Positions 1-13,472 of a stretch of DNA of 64,000 nucleotides are shown here, one piece after another; position 1 is the stretch's first letter, and every line of letters begins with the position of its first letter. The position numbers were made by a program, and so were the translations under genes. The notes under the pieces were generated by a model. That model did not search any database. It was given only the letters and a program-made list of their open reading frames with translations, and had not been told where the DNA came from. The DNA comes from Octopus vulgaris (Eukaryota): assembly GCA_951406725.2 (NCBI GenBank), contig OX597835.1, positions 2,914,001 through 2,978,000 of the forward strand, written 5' to 3'.

Positions 1-551
1 AAAAAGGTTATGATGACTGTTTGGTGGTGTAATGCTGGTCTCATTAACTATAAATTCTTAAAACCCGGAAAAACTATTACCAAAGAAACATATTGCCATA
101 GAATTGCCAAATTGAACGAAATATTGTAACTCTTCCATCCCAGACTGGTCAACAGAAGAGGGCCAATCCTTCTTCAGGACAATGTTCGATCACACGTTTC
201 ACTTATGACACTCCAGAAGTTGTGCGAACCTGGCTACGAAGTTCTTCCCCACCCAGCTTATACTCCTGACCTTTCACCTACTGACTACAACTTTTTCAAC
301 CACCTTGATGTTTTCCTGCGAGAGAAAGAGTTCAAAATCAAACCGATGCTGAAAGTGCGTTGAAGGAGTTCATCAGCTCCAGAACCCCAGATTTTTATGG
401 TACCGGAATAAACAAACTTGTAACTCGTTGGAAAAACATTGTGTCAATTGTAATGGTACATACTTTTATGAATAAAATTTCCGCATTGCTGAAATATTTT
501 GTGATAAATTTCATATTTCAAAACATTGCTGACTTTTTACTCAGCCTGATA
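1..551 (+). mobile_element. Mariner transposon 3' part (Hsmar1/cecropia-like), pseudogenised transposase with right TIR
   Basis: Frame 1 reads KKVMMTVWW...GPILLQDN...EVLPHPAYTPDLSPTDYNFF (mariner YSPDLAP and D34D region), has an in-frame stop and a frameshift into EFISSRTPDFYGTGINKLVTRW. Ends in a TIR-like ...ttactcagcctga followed by TA. Confidence 0.9.
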
Positions 552-1284
552 CATAATACACAATTTAAATGCTGGCCTTACTTCAGAACAACGATAGCTT
601 TAGGGTCAGGTACAAACGAGTTGATTAATCATGTGCAATTAATATTTAATACATCATTTCCATTTCAATTCTGGCTTTATTTCAGCAAAGCGATAATTTT
701 AATATCACGTACACAGGATTTGATTAATTTCGTGCAATTAATATTTAATATATCATTTCCAACGAAACCGTGATTTTTGTCGCAGTGTGCAATTACTACA
801 TGTTCATTTTCAAGTCGAATGTCACTTTCTAGAATGTCTCATAACAGCCCCATAGTTTGAGGCTTCAAACTGGTGAACTTGCAGATGATTTTGCGAAGAT
901 GTTTGTTGACTAATGAGTTTCCAAAAATTTCCCGAATTAAGTCTTGTTAGCAGAATACACCTGTATATCTAAATTGGTATCATTCAGTTTAACTTGAAGC
1001 TAAATACTCTTTCTTTTCGATGCTATTTGTTATATAAATTTAGGTTTCGCAATCAGAGCTCCACTGCGTTATTTTCTTTAATAAGCACAACATTTTCTTT
1101 TAAAAGGTAAAAGCTAATCAAACAGGTCCCTTTTGTTACACAATTTTCAATTATTTCTAAGTGCAGGATATTGTTTTCTCTTCACAAGAACGTGTTTATA
1201 ATTACCAGAGCTCTTTATTTAGAACATTTTCTTTATTTTGGCCAAGTGACATATAAATTAAGGCTTAAACTTATCAGAAATATT

Positions 1285-1678
1285 ATTTTCTACTCTAGAC
1301 AAAAGGTCTGAAATTACATAACTGGTACTAAATTTATCGACCCCGAAAGGATAAAAGGCAAAGTCGACCTCGGCGGAATTTAAACTCACAATGTAAAGAC
1401 AGACGAAATATCGCTAAGCATTTCGCCCGGTGTGCTAACGTTTCTTATTTCTTTATTGCCCACAAGTGGTTAAACATAGAGGGGACAAACAAAAACAGAT
1501 ACAGGGATTAAGTCGATTACATCGACCCCAGTGCGTAACTAGTACTTAATTTATCGACCCCGAAAAGATGAAAGGCAAACTCGACCTCGGTGGAATTTGA
1601 ACTCAGAACGTAACAGTAGACGAAATACCGCTATGCATTTCGCCCGGTGTGCTAACGTTTCTGCCAGCTCGTCTCCCT
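1285..1678 (-). mobile_element. SINE family B (MetaSINE-like core), two tandem copies
   Basis: Reverse complement has head gagctggcagaaacgttagcac, a box-B-like gagttcaaattcc and core tttgcctttcatcctttcggggtcgataaattaagtacc. More than 15 copies occur in the window. Confidence 0.85.
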
Positions 1679-2049
1679 ATTTGAAACCAATATTACTTGT
1701 ATAATGTTACCATACACTCCGAGTAGTATATATCTCGACTGCAGGTTTTCCAACACGCTTTATCTATAGAATGTATGATACAAAAACTAACAATGAGTCT
1801 TATTTGAACAATTCCTCTTTAACACACTGCTCACCTTGTTCTAGCTTATCAAACCTTGGCTATCAAAAGTCCTCAGCAAGACGCTGCAGGTATTTTATAA
1901 GGCGCTGCTCTTAAGATAACAAAGGCAGACATTTTATATATTTGCACGGAAATGAATAAAACAAATGCACACAATTTAAAAAAAATATTGGTAGAAGTAC
2001 CCAAGCAAAAGATTACTGGCTTCGATGTATTTGGGTATTCCCTAACCCT

Positions 2050-3390
2050 ATCCATTATTCAGCTTTAGAATTATTTACTCGTACAACGAAATGCACCGAT
2101 AAGCATTGTTTGAGATATTTGATGTTGATAACCACCAATATCTTCGGAGTAAGTTCTCTCAAGTTTCTAATTTTATCTCAGTTTATTCTTACTTATAATC
2201 AACCATTTGCACGCTGCCTTTACTCTGAATCTAATAGGTTTTATATCCTCCTGTCTTCTTTGGTATCACAGAAGCATAATTTTGCCGATTAATTGTTTGT
2301 TTGATTTTCAAAGGACGATAATTCTTAGTTTCTAATCGTCCTCTTCATTATTTTCCTGAGTAGGGTGCATCATATTTTTTAAGGGATCGTTCCTCATCAA
2401 CTATTTAACATGTCTAATACGACGGCTAATGAACCACAGTCTGACACTGGTCTGCTACCTGTTGATTGGGGACCCCTCTATTACAGAATTTTGTGGCTTC
2501 ATGAAACTTTTCTTGCTCGATAACCTTTCACTGAAACTAAAACGAGTAAAGGCGTTAAGCCTTTTGTTCTTTATCTCTAGTTTCGTACCAAAGACGGAAA
2601 ACAGCGTTTTGAATTGTTCTGTGGTCTGTGGATAGCATTGGAAGTTGTACATGGACATTCCCACACAAATTCCCACCGTTGTTTTGGTTATTTCAATGCC
2701 CCCCCCCTGTTCGTTACCAGAAAAGTAACGACAAACCCTGAATTCCTAACTCTGTTGTTGTGCCTCATCATGTATTGCAATATTTATTTCTTTATTGCCC
2801 ACAGGGGGCTACCCACAGAGGGGACAAACAAGGACAGACAGGGATTAAGTCGATTACATCGACCCCAATGCGTAACTGGTTCTTATTTAATCGACCCCGA
2901 AAGGATGAAAGGCAAAGTTGATCTCAGCGGAATTTGAACTCAGAACGTAGCCTTCAGACGAAATACCTATTTCTTTACTGCCCACAAGGGGCTAAACACA
3001 GAGAGGACAAACAAGGACAGCCAAACGGATTAAGTCGGTTATATCGACCCTAGTGCGTAACTGGTACTTATTTAATCGACCCCGAAAGGATGAAAGGCAA
3101 CGTCGACCTCGGCGGAATTTGGACTCAGAACGTAGCGGCGGACGAAATACCGCAAAGCATTTCGCTTGGCGTGCTACCGTTTCTGCCGGCTCGCCACCTT
3201 ATTAATTCTGGGTCAATTGTGCAATGCTCTAGCTTGCAATGTTCCTCCCACTCTTCTTCCGTTTTCACAATTGCACGTTTTGGTTCCGTAGTTATTTTCC
3301 CTCCATTAATGGAAAATCTGTCGACCTTCATGTTGCCATTGACATACCAAGAGGGAAACCCGTATGTCTTCCCAGATGCATAAGCAACCT
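2050..3390 (-). pseudogene. Highly decayed retroviral-type (rve) DDE integrase/transposase, split by a SINE
   Basis: Collinear minus-strand peptides across frameshifts: KRAIVKTEEEWEEHCKLEH, EFVWECPC (2649-2672), AFTRFSFSERLSSKKS (2506-2553), VSDCGS (2431-2447), APYS...RGRLETKN (2321-2344). Confidence 0.45.
2785..3199 (-). mobile_element. SINE family B, tandem dimer
   Basis: Two copies of the core plus the tail ending aaagaaata. Short tatt duplication at the flanks. Confidence 0.85.
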
Positions 3391-4087
3391 ACTTTCTTCC
3401 TTTTTCTCACTCTTTGATAAAGGCGTGATATTTTATGCAGCTTTTTCGGTCACGAAGTTCTCCAAGACAAAATATTTTCGAACGTCAAATAATTTTAATC
3501 AAAATCCATCAGTTGAAAATAATTCAAGTGAAACAACGAAGAATGGAAACTCCTTCCTTGTCTCTCAGTACGTCATTTTCATTTATTGCTTTATTGATTG
3601 GTGGAATGACAGGCATGTACCACTGGGCAACAGAAGTGTGGGTATGCATTGTTGTTATTTTTATTGATGGTGATGTTATCTGCTATATCCTTACAAATAA
3701 CTTCGGTTTTTGCATCGTTCTTCCAATAAATTATTACATTCTGCTCCTTGTAAAATATTAAAACTTTCCTGGGTGAGTAAATATATTTTCCAGTGGCTGT
3801 TTATTCAAATGATTGTTTTTCCCTTATCGCAAGCGTTATATCTCTATCCAGTGGTGGCCATTTATTTTACATAAGCACCAAACATAATACTTCAAATGAA
3901 TTAGAATGACCTATATTTATTTGGTTCTTCCCAGACGGAAGAGGAATTCAAACGTGGCACCAAAAACAAAATAGTTCTCAGAAAGAAACATCAAAACAAA
4001 AAAGAAATGCCCTCACGTTAACACCTGTTTAATATCAGATTCTACAGAGCGCCAAACTCACTTATCTTTTCAGGTCTGATGCAAGTG

Positions 4088-4136
<49 letters not shown>

Positions 4137-4354
4137 TAATAATAATAATAATAATAATAATAGCAACAACAAAAATAACAATAAAAATGACAATAACAAC
4201 TATTTCTCACAAAGGTGTCAGAAAGAATGGAAATTCCCCGAAATGATGGCGCTTTTACACCATTTAACCATTTATGAAAGGCAAATCGGTAAATGGAAAT
4301 GAAAGTAAAAACATTAGAAATTCCAAGCGCCATAGGAATACATGCATACATATA

Positions 4355-4410
<56 letters not shown>

Positions 4411-4512
4411 TTTGTGTATGCATGTTTGTGTGAGTATATAGATACATATATATATATATATATATATGTATGCATATATACACATACATAATCGAATAGT
4501 TTCATATTTCTA

Positions 4513-4570
<58 letters not shown>

Positions 4571-4672
4571 CATATATGCACATACATAATCGAATAGTTT
4601 CATATTTCTATATATGTATATGTATATGTATATATATATATATACACATATATGTATATATATATACATGCA

Positions 4673-4720
<48 letters not shown>

Positions 4721-4785
4721 TGTATATATATATATATAAATATATACACACATATATGTATGTATATATATATATATACATATTT

Positions 4786-4817
<32 letters not shown>

Positions 4818-4962
4818 CTGTATATTCATATATATGTGTGTATATACACATATCTGTGCGTGTATGTGAGGCGTGCGTGTGTGAGTATGCGTGGATGTGT
4901 GCGTGTGTGTGTATGTGTGTGCGCGTGCGTGTTTTATGCATGCGTGTGTATGCGTGTGCGTG
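4088..4962. repeat. (AAT)n and compound (TA)n/(TG)n microsatellites
   Basis: Seen directly. Includes a duplicated ~40-bp unique spacer (cacatacataatcgaatagtttcatatttcta) near 4480 and 4578. Confidence 0.95.
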
Positions 4963-5534
4963 TGAAGCATCAATAAATGATATCGGAAATTATCCACAGT
5001 AGATTTCATAGTGGTGAAGATACAGAGGCAAGTAATAATAATAAAAAAGAAAAAAAGACTCAGTTTTATTGTAGCATCTAAACAATAAAGCAGGAAAACA
5101 TAAATTTAATTCTGTTTACAAACGTTTCAACTGATAAAACAGAAATCATCAAACAGAAGAACTGTGAGCAGAAAATTAGATTTTCTCTTTTCTGCTTGTT
5201 TCAGTAAATGTTTCTAGAAAATACAACGTAATGAACTGTGTGCAGTTTCTGTGTTAACTGGTGTGCAGTAAATACTCAGAACACTATCTGCATGGAAAGT
5301 AATACAGTAGTGCTAATATTATTACAACTATTTTAGCAACTGCGAGGAGGAGAAACAATTCCGAATATATTTTGTGCTTCATGAAATTTACTTCATTAGG
5401 ACATTTTGCCGACGTTCTCTTTAATAGGTTCCTTATCATGAAACAAATGGTAGCCTTAATATACAAATGAAGAACTTTCAGCCACCAATGCGGTGATGAG
5501 CACTCGTTCTCCTTGTTCGATATTTACGTATATG

Positions 5535-5592
<58 letters not shown>

Positions 5593-5595
<3 letters not shown>

Positions 5596-5830
5596 ACATC
5601 ACAATCAAGGAACGGCCATAATAGGCCATTCACCCACTAGAAATAACAGCCAAAGCTTTTGCGGTTGAAGCTTTGGCTGTTATTTCTAGTGGGTGAATGG
5701 CCTATTATGGCCGTTCCTTGATTGTGATGTTGAACTTATAAATGGTCTATGACTATTTAATTTTTTCCCACTAGGCCGCTGGTGGCAAAAAAAATTCTAC
5801 AAAATTTTTTGTCACCCTATATTGATTAAT
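5593..5830. mobile_element. Short (TA)n-flanked element with a perfect 66-bp fold-back; probable Penelope-like terminal fragment
   Basis: Arms 5593-5658 and 5668-5733 are exact reverse complements. The continuation resembles 32450-32625, which also ends at a (TA)n tract. Confidence 0.55.
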
Positions 5831-5931
5831 TATATATATATATATATAAATACATATATTTGTGTATGTGTGTGTTTGTGTGAGTGTATATATATATATA
5901 TATATATATATAGATATAGATATATACATAA

Positions 5932-6192
5932 AGGAGCACTCCGTCGGTTACGACGATGAGGGTCCCAGCTGATACGATCAACGGAACAGCCTGCTCGTGA
6001 AATTAACGTGCAAGTGGCTGAGCAATCCACAGACACGTGTACCCCTAACGTAGTTGTCAGGGACGTTCAGCGTGACAGAGAGTGTGAAAAGGCTGACCCT
6101 TTGAAATACAGCTACAACTCATTTTTGCCAGCCGAGTGGACTGGAGCAACGTGAAATAAAGTGTCTTGCTCAAGGACACAACGCGTCGCCGG
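5932..6192 (-). mobile_element. SINE family D (CORE-like body), 5'-truncated, carrying tail 2
   Basis: Minus strand reads gttgtgtccttgagcaagacactttatttcacgttgctccag, then the same tail as 23883-24266 and 51163-51545. Confidence 0.8.
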
Positions 6193-6223
6193 AAATATAT
6201 ATATTTATATATATATATATATT

Positions 6224-6276
<53 letters not shown>

Positions 6277-6780
6277 TAACAGATGAATAATGTGTCAATT
6301 CACTACAGCTGCATTCGCCTGCTGAAAACGTTTTATTCCTAATAATGTAATGCCCCTATTAATCAATTAAAAATTCGTTGGAAGCAGCTACATTGAATTT
6401 ATAAATTATCCATCTGTTTTTATTTCTGTTTTTACTATTCACCTCACCTCACTTGGAACCTGCTCCTTGCATAGATACGAAGTATAAAATGAACCTTACA
6501 TTTAGTGAAATGTGTGTTATCTGATTAACCTCTGGGTTCATGATATACTTAGTCGGGTACAATTAATCGTATACATAACCAGAATAACTTTCTGACTATA
6601 CTTCGGTACTCACATAAATATCCATCTATTTTTGTTGTGTACACATTTTACTTTTCGACCTGAGCTGGTGCTTTACCATTTAAGTGCCTGATTCACTTGA
6701 AATCCTGATTTACACACACACACATATATATATATTTATAAATGATGGTGAAAAATTAGCGGTAACTCTCTCATATTTCA

Positions 6781-6860
<80 letters not shown>

Positions 6861-6879
6861 GTTTACATCTCCTGACATC

Positions 6880-7350
6880 TTATCAAAAGTGTACCAGGCT
6901 GATTACATAACAGGAAAATTTGACATTGTTTGAGGCAGATCTAACTGGATCCAACAGAAGGATTGTTGAGTTTATCATTTTGCACCATGCAGTGGAAACA
7001 ACCCCTATCCCCTGCTCCAAAGAAAGTGGAGGTCACTCCATGCAGGGAAGGTGATAGCCTCAGGATTTCGGGAGCAAAAGGCATTGTGCTTATTGGCTAT
7101 CTTCAAAAGGGCCACAACATCAAGAGAGTATAATGCCAAATTTCTGATGTAGCTACCAAATTCTATTAAGACCAAACGGCGTAGAAACTGACGAAAGTGG
7201 TCTAGTTTCATGAGGAGAAGGCTGCAGCACACGAGATTTTGGCTTCAATTGCTGTTTTGCGTGACTGTGGCTTTGAACTAGTCGATCAAACTATTATCTG
7301 TTCCCCAAAATAACAACAAAAAAAAAAACTTGGCAGGAAGCAGCATCACC
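6880..7350 (+). mobile_element. Decayed mariner transposase (irritans/Hsmar2-like)
   Basis: MQWKQPLSPAPKK, GKVIASGF, GIVLIGYLQKG, AVLRDCGFELVD, YYLFPK across frameshifts. Confidence 0.8.
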
Positions 7351-7582
7351 AATGGGATTCAAGCTCTGCAACATTGATGGAATAAAGGTGCGGAGCGCAA
7401 GAGTGAAGGATTTAAAGAGTAAACCTCATTTAGTCACATTACATGAGAGTACCGTGTTCAGCCCAAGACCTTTGCAACTAACCCTTCTGAGCACTCACGT
7501 GCACATACATGCATATATGTATATATGTGTGTGTATACATACCTACATACATACATACATACATACATGCATACATACATAC

Positions 7583-7620
<38 letters not shown>

Positions 7621-8030
7621 GAAACAGAGAGTGAGGACGTATGCGTGTGTATATGTGTCTGTGGGAGTGTGTCTAGAAAAGATGTACAAAATGCAATACA
7701 AATCACCATCTAACATTCTGATTGTAGACCATAACTGTGTTAGATACAGTTACTGTTGTAGCGTGGCATGTGTACAGGTGACAGCCATCTAGTACAAGGT
7801 GGACACTTACAGGTTTACAAGAATCACCGGAAAGCAGGTTGTTGGTGCTACAGTTAATTAATGTTGTTTCTGCAGTAAAGAGTCTACAATGAATATTATA
7901 TCGATCACAAACCACCTCATCAGATGGCCTGTTGAAATATGTTTTACCGACACAATTATTAAATACTTATATGCATATGTGTGTGTGCCCCAGCATGGCC
8001 GCAAGTAAATGACTGAAACAAGTAAAAGAA

Positions 8031-8088
<58 letters not shown>

Positions 8089-8380
8089 CTGACAATAGAA
8101 TTTCCAAAATATCAATAGAACCTGAAGAAATTCTCTTTTGGAAACGTGTATCTCGAGGCACACACACATGTATATATACAAACATATAAATACATACATA
8201 CATACATGCATATACATACATGCATATACATACATACATACATACATACATACATACATAACTCATACATACATTATATATATATATTTATATGCATATA
8301 CACATATACACATATACATATACACAGATACACTCACACACGCATATGTATATATATTTATATTAGAGATGATGTACAGG

Positions 8381-8464
<84 letters not shown>

Positions 8465-8479
8465 ATGTTTGTGTGTCTG

Positions 8480-8646
8480 TGTTATCCCCCCAACATCGCT
8501 TGACAACCGATCCTGGTGTATTTACGTCCTCGTAACTTAGCGGTTTGGTAAAAGAGACCAATAGAATAAGTACTAGGCTTACAAAGAATAAGTTCTGGGG
8601 TCGATTTGCTCGACTAAAGGCGGTACTCCAGCATGGCCGCAGTCAA

Positions 8647-8648
<2 letters not shown>
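8480..8648 (+). mobile_element. SINE family C, 3' half
   Basis: gcttgacaaccgat...cgactaaaggcggtactccagcatggccgcagtcaaat, matching copies at 31504, 46845 and 58315. Confidence 0.8.
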
Positions 8649-8683
<35 letters not shown>

Positions 8684-8857
8684 CATATATATATATACAC
8701 ACACATATATATATATACATATATAGAGAGCGAGAAGGAGAGACAGACACATAGATAGACAAATAGATAGATAGATTAAATAACTATTCGTATTTGGCAT
8801 ATAGATTGATAGTTAGATAGATAGATATATAGATAGATAGATAGATAGATTGATAGT

Positions 8858-8927
<70 letters not shown>

Positions 8928-9354
8928 TTCATGGATCGTACATAAAATAACGATGGACATTAAGAAAGAGGGAGGGTTTGGTAATAAGAACAAGTGTATT
9001 GGAATATAAATAAAAAAGAGTCGAAATAATGTATCGCATTTTATGAGGCTGAGAAGTCAACATGACATCGACGAAAACATGGATGATTTCAATGAACTGT
9101 TCTGGACCATAAAAACAAAACATAAATGGTTGCAGTGATAAAGGGGAAAAAATGAAGTATTACGGAGGATATAATAGGTTGCATAACACATAAACTATAG
9201 AAAGAAAGCGTTGAGATGAGAGAAGAGGCCAGAAATATACGCAGTGAGTTGCTTTGATAATAAAGTTGTCAGTAATGTTAGGGGAATACATTGCCCCCAT
9301 GAAACGTTCACATGCCCGTATATAAACATATATGCAATATGTATGTACCCGTGT

Positions 9355-9385
<31 letters not shown>

Positions 9386-9544
9386 AGCGTGTAAGCGTGT
9401 GTGTGTGTGTGTGTGTGTGTGCTTGCGTGTACCTGTGTGTATGCAGATATATACATGTGCGCATACACAAATGTATAGACGCACATATAAAGTTACATAT
9501 ACTCGTACAGTAACTACGACCACAATAACAATGATGGCATATTC

Positions 9545-9900
<356 letters not shown>

Positions 9901-9949
9901 CCTTTCTACTGGGCCTGAAATTCGGTGGGTAGTAGGAGGAGTAGAAAAT

Positions 9950-10465
9950 ATATGTTTGAAGTATGGATACGAGGTAACGGCTGCCGGGTACCAACATACT
10001 CAGAAAAGGGTAGGCATTGTGCGAAAGGGAGATGGCAAAGACCCTCCGAGACTTTGACTTCCAGACAGACGTGGTGTCAGCGTACCAAAGGCCAGATATA
10101 GTAGACTTTAGGGGGTACAAGCAAGAGTACCTAAGTGCCAAGAAATCAAAATATTATAATGAAATAAAGAGAAAAATTGACAAATATGGAGATCTGAAAT
10201 TTGAGATCACCAAGGTGTGACAGCTGCGAGATTCAAACATAAAACATAAAGATTGCCCCTGTTGTTATCGGAGAGTTGGGTTCAATACCAGCCAACATGA
10301 AGAACCATCTGCACACTTTAGAAATATCCTACAATTTTGGTGAATTGCAATTATCGGCTTTGCTTGGAACTGGATGCATATTGTGCAAAGGACAGTCTGT
10401 CTGAGGTCCTTGGCATTTGACAGTCAGTACAAATCACTTGTACATACAATGTCTCCAATCTACAA
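9950..10465 (+). mobile_element. R4/Dong-type non-LTR retrotransposon 3' end (restriction-like endonuclease region), decayed
   Basis: DFDFQTD...RPDIV...KIDKYGDLKFEI...IAPVVIGELGSIP...LQLSALLGTGCIL. Confidence 0.8.
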
Positions 10466-10546
10466 CATCACAATATTGGAAACTGTGTAACGTCTTCAAA
10501 AGGAATAGCAACGACGACAACAACAACATCAACAGCAACATCCGTA

Positions 10547-10915
10547 GTGGAGGCGCAATGGCCCAATGGTAAGGGCAGCGGACTCACGGTCGGAGGATCG
10601 TGGTTTCGATTCCAAGACCGGGCGTTGTGTATGTTTATTGAGCGAAAACACCTACAGATCCACGAGGCTCCGGTAGGGGGGGTGGCGACCCCTGTTTGTA
10701 CTCTTTCGCTCCAACTTTCTCTCACTCTTTCTTCCTGTTTCTTGTCCCTGACTTCCTACGCAACCGCTGAGCCTGGATGCGCATTCATCCATCCGTCGAT
10801 GCTCTCGGTGTCGGAGGTTGACCTGCTTTCTCTTCTGCAGGTCTTATGAATAGCAAAGGACTACGTTTCGGACTTCTCCCATCTTGCGAGCTCTGGGACG
10901 AACACCGTTTGCTCA
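10547..10915 (+). mobile_element. SINE family A (tRNA-derived, octopus OR-like), tail 1
   Basis: Box A tggcccaatgg, box B gtttcgattcc, shared body ttattgagcgaaaacacc...cacgaggctccgg, and a tail found in no other copy here, ending in CAA-rich repeats. Confidence 0.88.
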
Positions 10916-12174
10916 ACATCAACAGCAGCAACAAAAACAACAACAACAGCAACACCAGTAAACGTAGTTGTAATGCTAGTGGTCCCGCTAATAATAACAA
11001 GAATAATAACTAGTGATAATAGCACGAAAAATAGTAATAATTAAAATAATTACAATCTCATTAAAATCAAAGTAGTAGTATAAAATAATGATAACCATTC
11101 CACACTTTGACTCGAGGCCACTCATCTTGGGTAAAGAGAATAATCAAATACATCACACCTAGTCCTTAACTGGTACTCATTTTATCGACATCCTCCCCAT
11201 AATTCATGACAACAAAATACCAAGTGCAACACAACGAAGATAGTAATAGGCAAATCAAATAACTAATTGTATTTGTCATTGGTGAAGTATTTCATTGTGA
11301 CCATTCTTACATTAAGTGTTACTTTAAAATACGAAGTAAGGAAGAAAGAGAGATTTATAAAATACACATACAATAATGTTAAGTGCACCGGGGATTAAGA
11401 CCTGAACATAAGGATCATCAATTATCACACACCCTCACATAAAAATCTAGTGAAGGAGGCGAAAGTCAAGCTGAGTGTAGTTATATATTAGTATTTTAAT
11501 CGATGCCTGCACGTGACAATCAATTCGTTAAGCTTGTTAAGTAAATGTTACCTATCAGTAGTATTAATGGCCTTATCCTCTCTTAAATCTAATCAAAGGG
11601 CAACACGCCCTCCGCCTGATAAGGAAGAGGTGGTATCGATAATAACCGGACTGGAGCTTAAATTCCATTCTTTTCGATATTAATTTCAAGTTATATTTAG
11701 TTAATGAAGTAAGTAGACAGTCGTAGATGTTCATTATGAGACGATTAAAGATGCATAGAGAACCAGATTTCGACAAAGCCGGCTATAGAACCTCTAGAAT
11801 ATATCGTGCTGTTATGAGTACCAAATTTCTAATGCAATTACTATCTAATGGACACATTTCTGACGTCCTACAATTACAATTATAAACGTTAAATCTAATT
11901 TACTGGGTGCAGTAGAAGAAGTAGCTTGATATTAATACAGGACGTAGCTTAATATTAATACAAGTGATTAATACTAACACAGGGAATTCAACGGGCTTAA
12001 AGACTGAAAATCCGTAAGCCTGTTGAATTCCCTGTATCAACATTAACTTTGGCTACGCGCGATGAAACAAAAACTCGGCTTAATAGCTTAAATCTGTTTC
12101 AGAAATAATTCCATTGTTTCTAAGCCAGATATTTTCATATCTCTTATAGTTATTCTTTTAAACGAATTTGGACG

Positions 12175-12625
12175 AGGGTGGATGTGGACGCAATTCAATT
12201 TGGTGTTATGCCAGGTAGGGGAACAATAGGTGCAGTGTTCATTGTAAGGAGATTGCAAGAGGAATACTGAGATAAGGAGAAGGAGTTATACATGTGCTTC
12301 GTTCTTCTGGAGAAGGCATTTGATAGGGTTCCACGGAAGGTGATTGAGTGGGCATTGAGGAAGAGAGGTGTACTAGAGGTAATATTGAGGGCAGTGATGA
12401 GTTTGTATGAGGGGCTAAAGACAAGAGTCAGAATTGGATCAGAGCTGTCGAAGGAGTTTGCATCAGGGATCTGTGTTGTGATCGTTGTTATTTGCAATTG
12501 AGGTTGATGTGGTGACGGAAAGTGCAAGAACGGGATTGATAACGAAGATACTGTATGCGGACGACCTTGTTCTGATGAGTGAGACGATGCGGGGATTGAG
12601 GGAGAAGTTTTGGAGATGGAACTTA
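12175..12625 (+). mobile_element. RTE-clade LINE reverse transcriptase fragment, decayed
   Basis: QFGVMPGRGTIGAVFIVRRLQE...[23 protein letters not shown]...ILYADDLVL (YADD motif). Confidence 0.9.
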
Positions 12626-12844
12626 AAATAGGCCTTACATTCCTGTTGAAATTGAGAGGACATGAAAAAAAGCCATAGACCCATGATGGAATGAGGTTTA
12701 AAAATTACTTTCAGGCATAACAAAGAAATTGTGATTTCTTTCATAAAACCCTTCACCACCATTTTAGTTTATTTTACTCTTAACAAAGCATTGAGAGTAA
12801 ATTTGGTAGAAGCAACCTGAAAAAGCCCGTTTAATATATAGTCT

Positions 12845-13110
12845 TTTATTCTTTTATTCGTTTCAGTCATTTGGCTGCGGCCATGCTGGAGCACTGCTTT
12901 TAGTCGAACAATTCTTAGCGGTATTTCGTCTGCCGTTACGTTCTGAGTTCAAATTGCGCAGAGGTCAGCTTTGCCTTTCGTCCTTTCGGGTTCGATTAAA
13001 TAAGTACCAGTTACGCACTGGGGTTGATGTAATTGATTTAATGTCTTTGTCTGTCCTTGTTTGTCCTCTCTATGTTTAGACCTTGTGGCAAATAAATGAA
13101 TAAATAAATA
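12845..13110. mobile_element. SINE C tail (minus) fused to a 5'-truncated SINE B (plus)
   Basis: Matches other in-window copies. Confidence 0.8.
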
Positions 13111-13416
13111 CACACACATATACATATAAATACCCATGTATGCATGTATGCATATATAAACTGGATGCTTTCAAATATAGAAGCTGATATTGCGTTAGGA
13201 ACTATTGTTTTCAGTTGAAACAGTTGTGGAACTTGGGATTTATCGATTATTTGATAGAGGAAATAAAATTCACAAGAAAATGTGACAAGAATTATTAATG
13301 GCGGTTATGGTATCTTATTGGCCAAAATTATTACAACAATAACAACTAGAGCAATAGTAATCGAAAGATATTTCCGGATCTACCTCTGTTTCTGCCTCCC
13401 CGTCTCCCTCTGTATG

Positions 13417-13472
<56 letters not shown>

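Noticed and set aside
1-440. Possible domesticated SETMAR-like gene
   Set aside because: In-frame stop, frameshift and a retained TIR indicate an ordinary dead mariner.
10547-10620. tRNA-like sequence with A and B boxes
   Set aside because: No matching acceptor stem, and it runs into a SINE body repeated seven times. It is a SINE head, not a tRNA gene.
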